Shown here: piece by piece, positions 28,278 through 37,914 of the stretch
Numbering within the stretch: position 1 is the first letter of the stretch
How the letters are laid out: each line of letters opens with the position of its first letter
Virus record (IMG/VR): IMGVR_UViG_3300048590_001227
Direction: 5' to 3' (one strand)
Source: an uncultured virus (IMG/VR IMGVR_UViG_3300048590_001227)
Taxonomy: Duplodnaviria; Heunggongvirae; Uroviricota; Caudoviricetes
DNA: 64,000 nt
Translations under genes and position numbers: made by a program
The notes under the pieces: model-generated
The model's input: only the letters and a program-made list of their open reading frames with translations
Told to the model about the DNA's origin: nothing
Database searches by the model: none

Positions 28278-30467
28278 ATGGATTCTTGTTGCGATCCTAC
28301 CCAGGACAAAAATTTGAAACCCTCGCAGGCCACGATCGACGAAAATAAGGCCTATCAGGAGGCAACTTCTTTCCGTGTCCCCCAAATGGATTGCCCGACT
28401 GAAATATCAGCAATCCAAGGTAAATTAGAAAGTGTCCGAGGTGTCGGCGGAATGAAATTCGATCTTGAGAAAAGAATTTTGGTTGTCAAACACGATGGCG
28501 AAGAAATTTCATCCAATAAGATCGTAGAGCTGCTGGATGCAATCGGTCTCAAAGCTTCCGTTCTTGGGAAGGAAGAAACGAACGATGGCCAGCATAGTCA
28601 CAGTAGTCAGTCGGTAAATTATGTGCGGCTCGGACTTGCTGGTCTTTTTGCTATAGCAGCCGAAACGTATGAACTGGGCTTTAAAGGAGGCATGGATTGG
28701 ATCGTTCCGGTACTGGCCTTCTCGTCGATATTACTGTCCGGTTTGGATGTTTACAAGAAAGGTTTTGCGTCCCTATTGAAGGGTCAGTTAAATATCAATG
28801 CTTTAATGTCTTTTGCAGTGACAGGTGCCCTTGTAATCCGGCAATGGCCGGAAGCCGCCATGGTCATGTTTCTTTTTGCAGTTGCTGAAATGATTGAAGC
28901 CAAGGCGTTTGATCGTGCGAGAAATGCTTTCAAAAAACTTCTCGAACTTGCTCCAGACGTTACCACGGTAAAAAATTCCGCAGGTGTGTGGGAGGAGCGT
29001 TCGACCAAAGATGTCGCCATTGACTCCATCGTTCGAGTTCGGCCCGGAGAAAGGATAAGTCTGGATGGACAGATCGTAAAAGGGTCATCTTCTATCAATC
29101 AGGCTCCTATTACCGGGGAAAGTGTTCCTGTTGAAAAAACAGTGGGAGACAAAGTATTTGCAGGAACCATCAATGAAGCGGCTGAAATAGAATTCAAGAC
29201 CACCTCAGAGGCAACACACTCAACTTTAGCGAAAATAGTGGAAACTGTTGACTCAGCTCAAAACGCCAGAGCCCCTACCCAAAGATTTATTGATCAATTC
29301 TCCAAATATTACACCCCTGCTGTGTTTCTAATGGCTGTTGCGGTTGCAGTTCTTCCGCCACTATTTTGGGGTGGCCTATGGTTCGATTGGTTTTATAAAG
29401 CGCTGGTGCTCCTGGTAATCGCATGCCCTTGTGCTCTGGTGATTTCAACGCCTGTAACAATTGTAAGTGGACTCAGTGGAGCTGCCAAACACGGGATATT
29501 GATAAAGGGGGGAGCCTATATTGAAAAGGGCGCAAAACTGAAGGTCATTGCTCTGGACAAGACAGGAACCATCACTTTCGGCAAGCCTCGACAAACCGAT
29601 TTTGAAATTTTGGACGGCGGAGAACAAAAGACCGTGCATTCGCTCGCTGCAAGTCTTGCTTCCCGCTCGGATCACCCGGTGTCTCAGGCACTTGCCTTGA
29701 ATGCGAAGGAAGTTGATATCCCTCTGTACGAGGTTTCAGACTTTGCGGCTATGGGTGGACGGGGTACGAAAGGCATCATCAATGGTGAGCAGTATTATCT
29801 CGCCAATCATAGATTTATTGAAGAGCTGAAAATTTGTTCTGAGGCTGTAGAGCAATTGCTTGAAAAATATGAGCGGGAGGGTAAAACGGTCGCCATTCTT
29901 GCGACAGATTCACGTGTTATCGCTCTGTTTAGTGTGATTGATACGGTAAGACCTTCGAGCAAGGAAGCGGTGGAGCAACTGCATAATCTTGGCATCAAGA
30001 CGGTCATGTTGTCTGGTGATAACCAGTTGACAGCTGAGAAGATTGCCCGAGAGGTTGGAATTGACGAAGCGAAAGGACATTTGCTTCCTGACGATAAGAT
30101 GGAAGCAATCAAAAACTACAATGCCGCGAATCAACCAATAGGAATGGTTGGTGATGGTATAAATGATGCCCCTGCGCTTGCCATAGCCGACATTGGATTC
30201 TCGATGGGTGTTGCAGGAACTGACGTGGCAATTGAGACTTCTGATGTTGCTATCATGGATGACGACCTGCGAAAAGTTCCCCGCTTTATTGAAATGTCCA
30301 GGAGAACGAATAGGCTGCTCAAACAGAATATAGCTCTCGCCATCGGAATCAAAGCTGTTTTCTTCGTATTGACACTTATGGGTTTGAGCACGATGTGGAT
30401 GGCGGTCTTTGCTGATACAGGAGCAAGTCTATTAGTTGTGATAAATGGACTTCGACTGAATAAGTAG
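28278..30467 (+). CDS. cadA: Heavy-metal P1B-type ATPase (Zn/Cd/Pb, CadA/ZntA-like)
   Basis: MDCPTE N-terminal metal site; TGES, CPC, DKTGT, HP and GDGINDAP motifs. Confidence 0.93.
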   Translation: MDSCCDPTQDKNLKPSQATIDENKAYQEATSFRVPQMDCPTEISAIQGKLESVRGVGGMKFDLEKRILVVKHDGEEISSNKIVELLDAIGLKASVLGKEETNDGQHSHSSQSVNYVRLGLAGLFAIAAETYELGFKGGMDWIVPVLAFSSILLSGLDVYKKGFASLLKGQLNINALMSFAVTGALVIRQWPEAAMVMFLFAVAEMIEAKAFDRARNAFKKLLELAPDVTTVKNSAGVWEERSTKDVAIDSIVRVRPGERISLDGQIVKGSSSINQAPITGESVPVEKTVGDKVFAGTINEAAEIEFKTTSEATHSTLAKIVETVDSAQNARAPTQRFIDQFSKYYTPAVFLMAVAVAVLPPLFWGGLWFDWFYKALVLLVIACPCALVISTPVTIVSGLSGAAKHGILIKGGAYIEKGAKLKVIALDKTGTITFGKPRQTDFEILDGGEQKTVHSLAASLASRSDHPVSQALALNAKEVDIPLYEVSDFAAMGGRGTKGIINGEQYYLANHRFIEELKICSEAVEQLLEKYEREGKTVAILATDSRVIALFSVIDTVRPSSKEAVEQLHNLGIKTVMLSGDNQLTAEKIAREVGIDEAKGHLLPDDKMEAIKNYNAANQPIGMVGDGINDAPALAIADIGFSMGVAGTDVAIETSDVAIMDDDLRKVPRFIEMSRRTNRLLKQNIALAIGIKAVFFVLTLMGLSTMWMAVFADTGASLLVVINGLRLNK

Positions 30468-30510
30468 AGTTGGAAAGATTCCAGAGAAATCAGAAGAATA
30501 GGGTGCGCTC

Positions 30511-31068
30511 ATGGCCAAATCTAATTTCGACTCCCGTAAGTTGAAAAATAGAGAAGATCATATTGAATTTGTAAAGGGCATTTCTACTAAGGACAATCAA
30601 TTTAAGGTTGATTTGGACTGGTTGAATAGGCAGGAAGTTCATGGTGTCTATATCGACAATAAGCTGCGAGCGGGATTTGTTTACGAAAGTTTGCCGTTGT
30701 CTAATACTCTTCAAGATATGGATGAAGAAGGTCGATCATTGTTTTTAGCGAAGCATAGCGCAAAACCCAATAAAATTTTGGGAGTGACTTGTTTCTGGAT
30801 ATCAAATTCTGGCAGAACGCGCTTTCTGATAAATTACACGTGGGCTATCTTTCTAGCCTCGCTTATTCTGAAAATAGCCAGGTTGAGATACATTGTTTTT
30901 ACATCTAAGAATGATAGGATGACTGCAATTTTCGAAAATCAGAGTGCCAATAAGATTTTTCAAAAAAAAATGAAAAAAAGTGTCAGCTCTACTTTCTTGA
31001 TCGAGATGTCTTGGTTAAATCTTTTTAAATTCGTACGACTGATTTTTACAAGGCCAAAAAAAATTTGA
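30511..31068 (+). CDS. Hypothetical protein, possible GNAT-like fold
   Basis: 185 aa AT-rich ORF co-oriented with cadA; fold guess is weak. Confidence 0.6.
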   Translation: MAKSNFDSRKLKNREDHIEFVKGISTKDNQFKVDLDWLNRQEVHGVYIDNKLRAGFVYESLPLSNTLQDMDEEGRSLFLAKHSAKPNKILGVTCFWISNSGRTRFLINYTWAIFLASLILKIARLRYIVFTSKNDRMTAIFENQSANKIFQKKMKKSVSSTFLIEMSWLNLFKFVRLIFTRPKKI

Positions 31069-31143
31069 TTAATAGGTTGTTTTTTGAAAGCTGGTCGTAA
31101 AAGTAAGCGACAGCTGGTTTATTTCTAACGTATGGAGTTTTCT

Positions 31144-31383
31144 ATGAAAAAGTCTGGTTTTTTTAGTCTGGTTTGTTCACTTTTTATTTCTAGCGCATCA
31201 TTTGGTCACGAAAAAAGCGCCCCCCACTGTGAAAAAAAAGGCGCTGATGGAAAGGTTACAGATGTGGAGGCCAAAAATCAGAGTGAGTGTGAAGGAAAAG
31301 GTGGGAAATGGGCTGAAAAAGGAAAGGACAAACATGATCACAAAGGGACGGATAGTCACGAAGGGCAAGAGCATAAACATTAA
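31144..31383 (+). CDS. Small secreted His-rich protein
   Basis: Signal peptide (…SSASFG), two mature-region Cys, C-terminal HDHKGTDSHEGQEHKH; GGAG RBS. Confidence 0.7.
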   Translation: MKKSGFFSLVCSLFISSASFGHEKSAPHCEKKGADGKVTDVEAKNQSECEGKGGKWAEKGKDKHDHKGTDSHEGQEHKH

Positions 31384-31482
31384 AGACAACTGATATAAAA
31401 AGCTGGGGCACTCCAATATTTTTTAAAATTGGTGTCCCGGTGTGATTGACGTCGATAATTCTTTGTGACCTTTCATCAGATC

Positions 31483-31815
31483 CTAATAGATTTCAATAAA
31501 ACGGTTCAGAGGTACCACTCGACCACGACGTTCACCATTGAACCGCGCCCATCCTTTACCATTCCCACCGTGAAAGAAACGTCCTTCTTTTACCCCATCA
31601 TCCAGTAAAGCTTTGCATTTCATCCCTACACCTTCATACAATCGTTCACGGAGATTTCGATCTGCCTCCAATTTTTCGGCGATCTCGATGCAATCCCTGA
31701 TATCGAACCGCTTAGTCCAGAGATTATCGCCGATTTTTACTTCAGCAGTGCCCATGTAAGCCGAAACGAAAGTTCCTGTGTGTGATTTTTTACCGTCAAA
31801 GACTTTGCATTTCAT
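31483..31815 (-). CDS. Hypothetical phage protein
   Basis: 110 aa ORF preceded by an AT-rich promoter-like region. Confidence 0.6.
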   Translation of the reverse strand: MKCKVFDGKKSHTGTFVSAYMGTAEVKIGDNLWTKRFDIRDCIEIAEKLEADRNLRERLYEGVGMKCKALLDDGVKEGRFFHGGNGKGWARFNGERRGRVVPLNRFIEIY

Positions 31816-31970
31816 CTTGAATTCGCTTCCAATCTAAGTTATTTGATGCAGCGATATCTGGTTTTTATCCTATAATTTGCGACAAAACAAGAATGTTTTG
31901 TGAAATTTTTCAGGAAAAAAAATTCTGATGCTGTTCCTCTACTCGATCGAGATTATTAGATATCTGTCAA

Positions 31971-32255
31971 ATGACTTTTCAAAGAGCTCGATGTCCTTGG
32001 AAACAATTGCCTCAATCGGATAGCCTTCTGAGATCAAAGGAGGTCGAAGTGCATTACGATACTGAACCACTTGTTCACGCGATTCTTGAAGCCATTGAGC
32101 TTGCCAGTGCATGCCCGGAATGTGGCAGGCTTTCGCTACAAATCCTTCTCACAGCTGATGGCTGCCCATACTGCGGAAAGAACGAAGCACAGCATCATAA
32201 TTCCCGCCGCCATTCCCTCATGCTCAATCCAGGCTCTTCAAAAAAGCTTCTATGA
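31971..32255 (+). CDS. Possible small Zn-ribbon protein
   Basis: CPECG…CPYCG; start uncertain; 3' end overlaps the convergent antirepressor gene. Confidence 0.35.
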   Translation: MTFQRARCPWKQLPQSDSLLRSKEVEVHYDTEPLVHAILEAIELASACPECGRLSLQILLTADGCPYCGKNEAQHHNSRRHSLMLNPGSSKKLL

Positions 32256-33012
32256 CTGTCGCATGATAGATGCCGATGCCAGCTGGATACCGATCGGAAG
32301 TCAGTTTCTTGACCTCAATTCCCAGTTCCCGGCTCCTCTTCGCCAGCTTCCGCCCAAGCATATTCTCGCCGATTTTCGCAAGCTCCGGATGCCGAACAAT
32401 AGCAACCGCTGCGGTCGCCCATTCCTCGGATTCGCCAAGGCGTTGGGCGAGGTTCTCAATCGTGCCGTCCCGCTCAGTTACGAGCCGAAGCGCATGGTTC
32501 CTGGCCTTTACCGCATGAGAGGCCGTATTCATGGCCGTAGCGGTCTTTCGGTCGGAAATCTGCGCTTTGGTCCGAATGGCTTCATCGCGCTCCTGTTCGA
32601 TTACCCGAACGCGATCGGCAAGGGCTTGGAGGAAGTCCGAATCCAGGACATCCGGGATGGCGGTGAGCTTGTGATTCAGGCCGTGCTCGTAGACGAGCCG
32701 CTCACATTCGATGAAATACTGTCGGACCTTCTTGCCCTCTTCAGTCCGCGAGAGCATGCAAAGCTCTTTCGCAGTGTTGATCGTGACCCAGTATTCTTTC
32801 AGCGTTGTCCCACCGGTTTCTCGTTTCACTTTTAGGTGAAACGAGCCAAAGTCTTCATTTTCATTGAAAATAGCGAGGTTCTGGTTCGCCCAATCCGCGA
32901 AGTGCTTTTGCACTCTCAGCTGCTTCCAGATATCCCGCAGGAGCACCTTTTGATCGCCGGTCAAGCGGGTTGGTTTAATGAAATCAACGTATATGATGTT
33001 TGCCGTATCCAT
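32224..33012 (-). CDS. Phage antirepressor (AntA/AntB-type N-terminus)
   Basis: EYWVTINTAKELCMLSRTEEGKKVRQYFIECE; AIRTKAQISDRKTATAM. Confidence 0.85.
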   Translation of the reverse strand: MDTANIIYVDFIKPTRLTGDQKVLLRDIWKQLRVQKHFADWANQNLAIFNENEDFGSFHLKVKRETGGTTLKEYWVTINTAKELCMLSRTEEGKKVRQYFIECERLVYEHGLNHKLTAIPDVLDSDFLQALADRVRVIEQERDEAIRTKAQISDRKTATAMNTASHAVKARNHALRLVTERDGTIENLAQRLGESEEWATAAVAIVRHPELAKIGENMLGRKLAKRSRELGIEVKKLTSDRYPAGIGIYHATVIEAFLKSLD

Positions 33013-33072
33013 AATTGTCCTTTCAGAATCAGTTCAGATGTTGTCAATAGGAGCGGGGAGCAATATGCGCGA

Positions 33073-33261
33073 TCAGGTTCCGGAGTGTTGCCCCATCGCA
33101 GCGCGGTCAGCACAGTTGGGGCAGTCCTTTAGATCGATTCGACTGCAAAGCAGGCAGATTACCTGGCCGTATGGCTCTTTCGTTTCAGTAGGAAAAGGTC
33201 GGATCTTATCCAACCAGGTCACAACTTCAAAAATCTTCTTGGCTTTAATCACCGTACCCAT
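33073..33261 (-). CDS. Small Cys4 (Zn-finger-like) protein
   Basis: GAGGTG RBS; CLLC…CPNC. Confidence 0.5.
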   Translation of the reverse strand: MGTVIKAKKIFEVVTWLDKIRPFPTETKEPYGQVICLLCSRIDLKDCPNCADRAAMGQHSGT

Positions 33262-33281
33262 GCACGCACCTCGCTGTTTGA

Positions 33282-33312
33282 GAAAGGGCCCGGGCAAAAA
33301 CTGCCCGAGCCT
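33282..33312 (-). terminator. Intrinsic terminator after the outer-membrane protein gene
   Basis: Minus strand AGGCTCGGGCA-GTTTT-TGCCCGGGCCC then TTTC. Confidence 0.6.
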
Positions 33313-33343
33313 ATAAGGAGAGGTAGATATGAGAAGCTGGTTA

Positions 33344-33961
33344 TCAGAAAGCGTATGAAACAGTCATCGCCACCTGATCGCTCTGCAGAGAAACATCTTT
33401 CAGCTGGTAGCCAGCGGAGCCTTTGCTGTTGGATGCTTTGCCGTTGACATCGTCCTTGCGGAAAGTATCCGAGTAGCGATACTCGACGCCCAAACTCACA
33501 TTCTGTGCCACGGCATAAGACGCGGCGAGGCCAGCATCGTAGTTCCAAAGGTTCGCATCATTGGAACTGACCTTGATCCCATTCGCCGCCTCGTCCTTGA
33601 AATCGAGGACGTGATACGATACCCCGCCCAGCGTCTCCAAGGCGAAACTTTCACTCTTAACGAGGGCATATCGTGCCTCAAGGCCCGCATTCCAGTCCTT
33701 GAACTCTGGACGTCCAGCCCCTCGATCCTTGCCGTATTCTAGGTAGCCGAGTGTGCCGCCGACCTTAAATCGGTCACCGAGCTCTGTCGCGATCCCGAGA
33801 CCAGCGCCATAGCCTCGAACCGGACTCGAAGCATGCTTGTCGATCGAGACCTGCGACTCAGCACCGAGCAGGCGCAGAGAAGTCTCGGCAGCTACGACGG
33901 GCATGGCTGCGATTGCGATGAGAGCGATTGCGATTGCGTTCGTTTGTTTTGCGAAAGACAT
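33344..33961 (-). CDS. Outer-membrane beta-barrel protein (8-strand OmpA/Lom/Ail-like), prophage moron
   Basis: Signal peptide, alternating amphipathic strands, C-terminal VSYAF; own terminator. Confidence 0.85.
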   Translation of the reverse strand: MSFAKQTNAIAIALIAIAAMPVVAAETSLRLLGAESQVSIDKHASSPVRGYGAGLGIATELGDRFKVGGTLGYLEYGKDRGAGRPEFKDWNAGLEARYALVKSESFALETLGGVSYHVLDFKDEAANGIKVSSNDANLWNYDAGLAASYAVAQNVSLGVEYRYSDTFRKDDVNGKASNSKGSAGYQLKDVSLQSDQVAMTVSYAF

Positions 33962-34249
33962 GAAAACTCCATAATTTGACAAAAAGGTTCCATTTGGCTG
34001 ACAATCAGCCAACAGTCGATTAAAAAGTTCATCTTTTTTTGGTTGTGCGCGAGTCAGGTGACCCTGCTAAATAACCGAGTGCGTTCGTTCATAGGTGACG
34101 ACGAAAACCTTCCGACAATCTTTGCATGAGTGGCTTCCGGATACCGCGCATGGACCTTCCACTTCATGATAAAGAGAACAGAAGGGGCAGAAATATCCCC
34201 AGAGATTTTCCATATCGTCGTCAAGTTCTGCAAAAACTCTTTTCATCAG

Positions 34250-34783
34250 TCAGACCTCAAAATTCCTGTCGAAGCTGTTCTTCACGGTCTGGGATACCTG
34301 ATCACCGAAACCCCACCGCGGCTTTGTCGTTTTGGAAGATTTCAAGAGATAGAGGATCTTTATGTGACCACCTTTCATGCGCTGATAAATGCCTTCCAGC
34401 CCGTGAATTTCGCCCTTGAAAATATCCTTCCGACCAATCGTTGCCCGTGGCAGCATCCCTCGTGGAATGTTGTCGCGGGGACTGCGCCGGACATCTAACG
34501 GTATCGCCACATGGCCAGACGCCTGGTACTTCTCACCGTCCTCCTGCTTGCCCATATAAGGATCGATTGAGTAAACCCGAGACTCCAGCGAATCGGGTGT
34601 TGCCCTATCGAACCTGATGCCCTTCATGACCCATGATCGGCGTAACGTAAAGGTGCGGGGCATCGCCTCCTTGATCGCCGCAGAGGCGTCGCGAGCAGTA
34701 AGCGTGAGGGCCTTAGCCACCGCGAAGCGCACTGATTTCTTCACGCCGTCGAGATCAGGGATGTCGATTCGCACACTAAGCAT
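34250..34783 (-). CDS. Phage protein, tail completion (lambda gpZ-like) candidate
   Basis: Basic protein with VRFAVAKALTLTARDA pattern; family call from memory of similar phage proteins. Confidence 0.5.
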   Translation of the reverse strand: MLSVRIDIPDLDGVKKSVRFAVAKALTLTARDASAAIKEAMPRTFTLRRSWVMKGIRFDRATPDSLESRVYSIDPYMGKQEDGEKYQASGHVAIPLDVRRSPRDNIPRGMLPRATIGRKDIFKGEIHGLEGIYQRMKGGHIKILYLLKSSKTTKPRWGFGDQVSQTVKNSFDRNFEV

Positions 34784-35051
34784 AGGCTTTGGTTTCTTCC
34801 TGCTGAAGAGGGTTGAAAAGGTGCTGCGATCTGCTCTGATTGGCCAAATCGTGCAATATTTTCAGTTCCTCTTGCGTCAGCTGCAACCCAATCTTCAGCT
34901 TGTTGAGCGATTTGATCGTAGGTTGCTGCTCACCATGTTCCATACGCTTGATCTGCCTCCGGGACAACTTGCTGCGCTTATGCAGATCTGTGTAAGTGAC
35001 ACCCTTACGCTCGATCAAGTTTCTGAGGTAGCTGCCAAAGCTTATTTCCAT
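34776..35051 (-). CDS. XRE-family HTH protein
   Basis: FGSYLRNL…LSRRQIKRMEHGEQQPTIKSLNKL. Confidence 0.85.
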   Translation of the reverse strand: MEISFGSYLRNLIERKGVTYTDLHKRSKLSRRQIKRMEHGEQQPTIKSLNKLKIGLQLTQEELKILHDLANQSRSQHLFNPLQQEETKAYA

Positions 35052-35106
35052 GTGTGCTCCCAATATTTCCCGACAGGAGGAGATTGCTATTCGATGACCG
35101 ATTGAT

Positions 35107-35385
35107 TTACGCGGTTTTGAGGTCTGTCACCACTTGTTTCAAGGTAGAAATTCCAACGTCAAGGAGAGCGAAGAAATCGTCCAGTTGGATATCGCGAATT
35201 TCTTTAGGGACCTCTGTGATATCCGAAAAGGCTTCCTTCCCCTTTTGCCGGAATTCGTCCGACATCAGAAATTCGAGAAGATTGCCAGCGAATCCCGCTT
35301 TCTGCGCCCGTAGATACATTGATGTTACGGCCCCCAAGAAAACGATGACTTCAGCCGTGTTTTTAATTCCAAATTGTCCAGACAT
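35107..35385 (-). CDS. Hypothetical protein in lysis region
   Basis: AGGAG RBS; 92 aa; directly after endolysin. Confidence 0.7.
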   Translation of the reverse strand: MSGQFGIKNTAEVIVFLGAVTSMYLRAQKAGFAGNLLEFLMSDEFRQKGKEAFSDITEVPKEIRDIQLDDFFALLDVGISTLKQVVTDLKTA

Positions 35386-35432
35386 ACATTCAACTCCTAG
35401 TGTGTTCGCGGGTCGCATAATCGCGCCCGATT

Positions 35433-35930
35433 TTATGATTGCAATGCTACCCTCAGTACCCGTCGATCCCAGCCTCTCCCGAATTCATCGTAGGTCGAGA
35501 GGGATCGATAGAAGTTTAACCGACGCCACAGCACCAGCGCAGCGGTATCGATGGGGTCTGACCTGCTCAGAGCGTGCAGCGTCTGAGGTCCGATCTTGCC
35601 GTCAGTGGCCACTGGGTATCCTGCTTCGCAAAGCGAGCGCTGAAGATGCAAAGCGAACTGATTGGTCCCAAGATTTACGCCGGAATCGAACGCCGGCAAT
35701 CTCAAGAGTTCTGGCATGTCCTCGGCCCTGATTCGATCCCAGTAGTCGGCTCGGTAAATTGCTCGGGCCTTTTCCTCGGTGAGCGCAAGGACGCCCGCGC
35801 GGCCGAGCTCCGGGTGCGACCGGAGGCTGATACCCCATTTAGTCAACCCACCGGGATCTTTGCTGTTTTCTGTCACCTTGTCGCGGCCTTCGTTGGTTGC
35901 CACGATCTGGAAAGCCTCTTCAAATTCCAT
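35433..35930 (-). CDS. Endolysin, glycoside hydrolase family 108 with peptidoglycan-binding C-terminus
   Basis: EG…DPGGLTKWGIS, FDSGVNLG, DGKIGPQT and FGRGWDRR motifs. Confidence 0.92.
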   Translation of the reverse strand: MEFEEAFQIVATNEGRDKVTENSKDPGGLTKWGISLRSHPELGRAGVLALTEEKARAIYRADYWDRIRAEDMPELLRLPAFDSGVNLGTNQFALHLQRSLCEAGYPVATDGKIGPQTLHALSRSDPIDTAALVLWRRLNFYRSLSTYDEFGRGWDRRVLRVALQS

Positions 35931-36211
35931 CAAGTGCCCCCTTTGCTCGTGATCTTCTCCAGGTCACGCTCAAGCTTGTCCTGCCGACCGATCAGTCGAT
36001 CGAGGGAATCTGCGAGGGACTTCAACCGATCCTGTCCCTGAATGTCGAAGGCCAGCTCCAGGCGTTGGAGCCTGGTCGAAAATCCATCCAGCTTCTCATT
36101 CAGGCTCCTGAATCCCCAAAGCAGGAAAACGCCCATAGGGATTCCACCCGTTGCACCCATTGCTACTGAATCCCAGTTCAAATCCAAAGAAAACTCCTGC
36201 GTTCTATCCAC
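35930..36211 (-). CDS. Small single-TM coiled-coil protein, holin candidate
   Basis: One hydrophobic segment followed by a coiled coil; translationally coupled to the endolysin. Confidence 0.55.
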   Translation of the reverse strand: MDRTQEFSLDLNWDSVAMGATGGIPMGVFLLWGFRSLNEKLDGFSTRLQRLELAFDIQGQDRLKSLADSLDRLIGRQDKLERDLEKITSKGGT

Positions 36212-36677
36212 ATTTCAGGCTGCTTTCGCCCGCCATATACCCCATGTAGTCAACGACATCCGTTGGCGGTCGGCATGCTTTTTCGTCGATTCCGGTCACG
36301 AGCAGATCAATCCATGGTTCCGAGCCAGCCGGTGCAAAGAACTTCAGCACTCGGGCATCCACGATGCGCGAGTCGTTCGACCAAAGAATGCCCTCAAGAG
36401 CATCATCGAGAAGCTTGGAGACATTGTCATGGTCAGGCTTAACGGGAGCAAACATGGTGTGCTTGCTCACCGACTTCGGCCTGTGTTTGAACGTCAGTAC
36501 CAGGACCCGGATCGGTCCATCCAGTAAAGGTCCTGCATAGGCCGAGCGAACATAGCTGGCGACCATCTTCATCAGGTCGCGAGTCTTGCGGGGTGTGTAA
36601 ACTATTCCCCCGCGAGCGGTTCTCGCCGCTTCCTTGCCTGCTGGTGCTATTGGTATCCGGAAACTCAGAATCTTCAT
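36204..36677 (-). CDS. rusA: Holliday junction resolvase RusA
   Basis: KPDHDNVSKLLDDALEGILWSNDSRIV catalytic motif. Confidence 0.9.
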   Translation of the reverse strand: MKILSFRIPIAPAGKEAARTARGGIVYTPRKTRDLMKMVASYVRSAYAGPLLDGPIRVLVLTFKHRPKSVSKHTMFAPVKPDHDNVSKLLDDALEGILWSNDSRIVDARVLKFFAPAGSEPWIDLLVTGIDEKACRPPTDVVDYMGYMAGESSLKCG

Positions 36678-36771
36678 TCCATCCTCGGAAACGTCCCGGC
36701 CCGAAGGCCGGGATTCAACACATGAAAAAACATCTCGCTCTATCGTCAACGCATTTGCGTGGTGACCTAAC

Positions 36772-37185
36772 CTAAAACGGCACGTCGTCCAGTGATCCTG
36801 TTGCACCAAAAGGTGAATCGAAACCTTGGTTCGGCGGAATCTGCGATTTCTCTGTGGGCTTACTCTGACCGCCAACACTTGAGAGAAATTGAACATCGAA
36901 AGTCTTGACTTCTGATCCTCGCTGCGTAACTCCGTCCTTTACCCACTTCTTGGATTTTCCCCGGCCAAGGACAGCCACCAGCGATCCCTTCCTGAGATAT
37001 TGCGCGCAGTGTTCAGCGCGTGGGCCGAAGACCGTTACATAGTGCCACTCGGTTTCCTCACCTTGACCTCTGACGTATTCCGTCGTGGCGATCGAGAATT
37101 TGCAAATCTTGGAGTTCTGCGCCTGCCTCAGTTCGGGATCACTTCCAAGCCTACCGACCAGGATATGCAGATTCACGGAACCCAT
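36772..37185 (-). CDS. ssb: Single-stranded DNA-binding protein
   Basis: VNLHILVGRLGSDPELR, TEWH and C-terminal DDVPF. Confidence 0.95.
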   Translation of the reverse strand: MGSVNLHILVGRLGSDPELRQAQNSKICKFSIATTEYVRGQGEETEWHYVTVFGPRAEHCAQYLRKGSLVAVLGRGKSKKWVKDGVTQRGSEVKTFDVQFLSSVGGQSKPTEKSQIPPNQGFDSPFGATGSLDDVPF

Positions 37186-37907
37186 CAGGTAGACTCCTTC
37201 GCTCTTTGCACTGCGGTTTGGAATCTTTCGCGAAAATCGGCCTCAGTTGCGCCATCCAATTCCCTGGCGATCGCTCCCCACTGGGTGCTTGGGATTCCCT
37301 GGCTCTGTAGGGTCTTGTGCAGCCATGCAACGCTTTTTCCGTTGGCAACACTGAATGCGGTCGCAGTCCTTTTGGTTTCCGATTCCAGGTCAGTGGTCGG
37401 AATTCCCCGCACTTCGTCGTCCGTGTAGGTCCCGCCAAGTTCCTCGGGAAAAGCTTTGCGCAGGGCTTTGGCCTCCGCGCATTTCTCCAGCATCGTGCAG
37501 GGCATATCGCGCCAATTCTTGACGTCCCGGTACTGCTCTGACATCCGCGCGACTGCAGTGAACTCACGAGGCAAATCCTGGACAATCTTCATCACCGTGA
37601 CGCTGCAGCTCAGAGGCTTTCCTGCGTCGTCGTATGTGAAGGCCCCTGCCTGCGATCCAGCATATAGACCCGTTCGATCCGCGATGAGGCGATAGCCCTC
37701 GATGGAAACGATGATAGTCGGGCGGTCCCGAACTTTCGTCCAGTAGATCTGGTTCAATTCTGGACTCAATCGTCGTGCCCGGCACACGGATACGAAATGC
37801 TCGAACTCGATATCATTCGCGTCTTTTGCATAATGTCTCCGGAGAAAGGCAAGTTTCTCCCCGGAGAAGTCCAACTGATTGGCTTCCCTGCGTTCAATAG
37901 CTGTCAT
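37185..37907 (-). CDS. bet: Single-strand annealing recombinase (Bet/RecT family)
   Basis: IVSIEGYRLIADRTGLYAG; WRDMPCTMLEKCAEAKALRKAFP. Confidence 0.92.
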   Translation of the reverse strand: MTAIERREANQLDFSGEKLAFLRRHYAKDANDIEFEHFVSVCRARRLSPELNQIYWTKVRDRPTIIVSIEGYRLIADRTGLYAGSQAGAFTYDDAGKPLSCSVTVMKIVQDLPREFTAVARMSEQYRDVKNWRDMPCTMLEKCAEAKALRKAFPEELGGTYTDDEVRGIPTTDLESETKRTATAFSVANGKSVAWLHKTLQSQGIPSTQWGAIARELDGATEADFRERFQTAVQRAKEST

Positions 37908-37914
37908 GTGATCC

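Noticed and set aside
32071..32835. 254-aa plus-strand ORF
   Set aside because: Antisense shadow of the antirepressor gene with no motifs of its own.
35054..35731. 225-aa plus-strand ORF
   Set aside because: Antisense to the endolysin and its neighbour; no coding signal.
36678..36896. Long N-terminal extension of RusA in the ORF track
   Set aside because: It overlaps ssb and has no RusA-like content; the ATG at 36677 gives a normal-sized protein.
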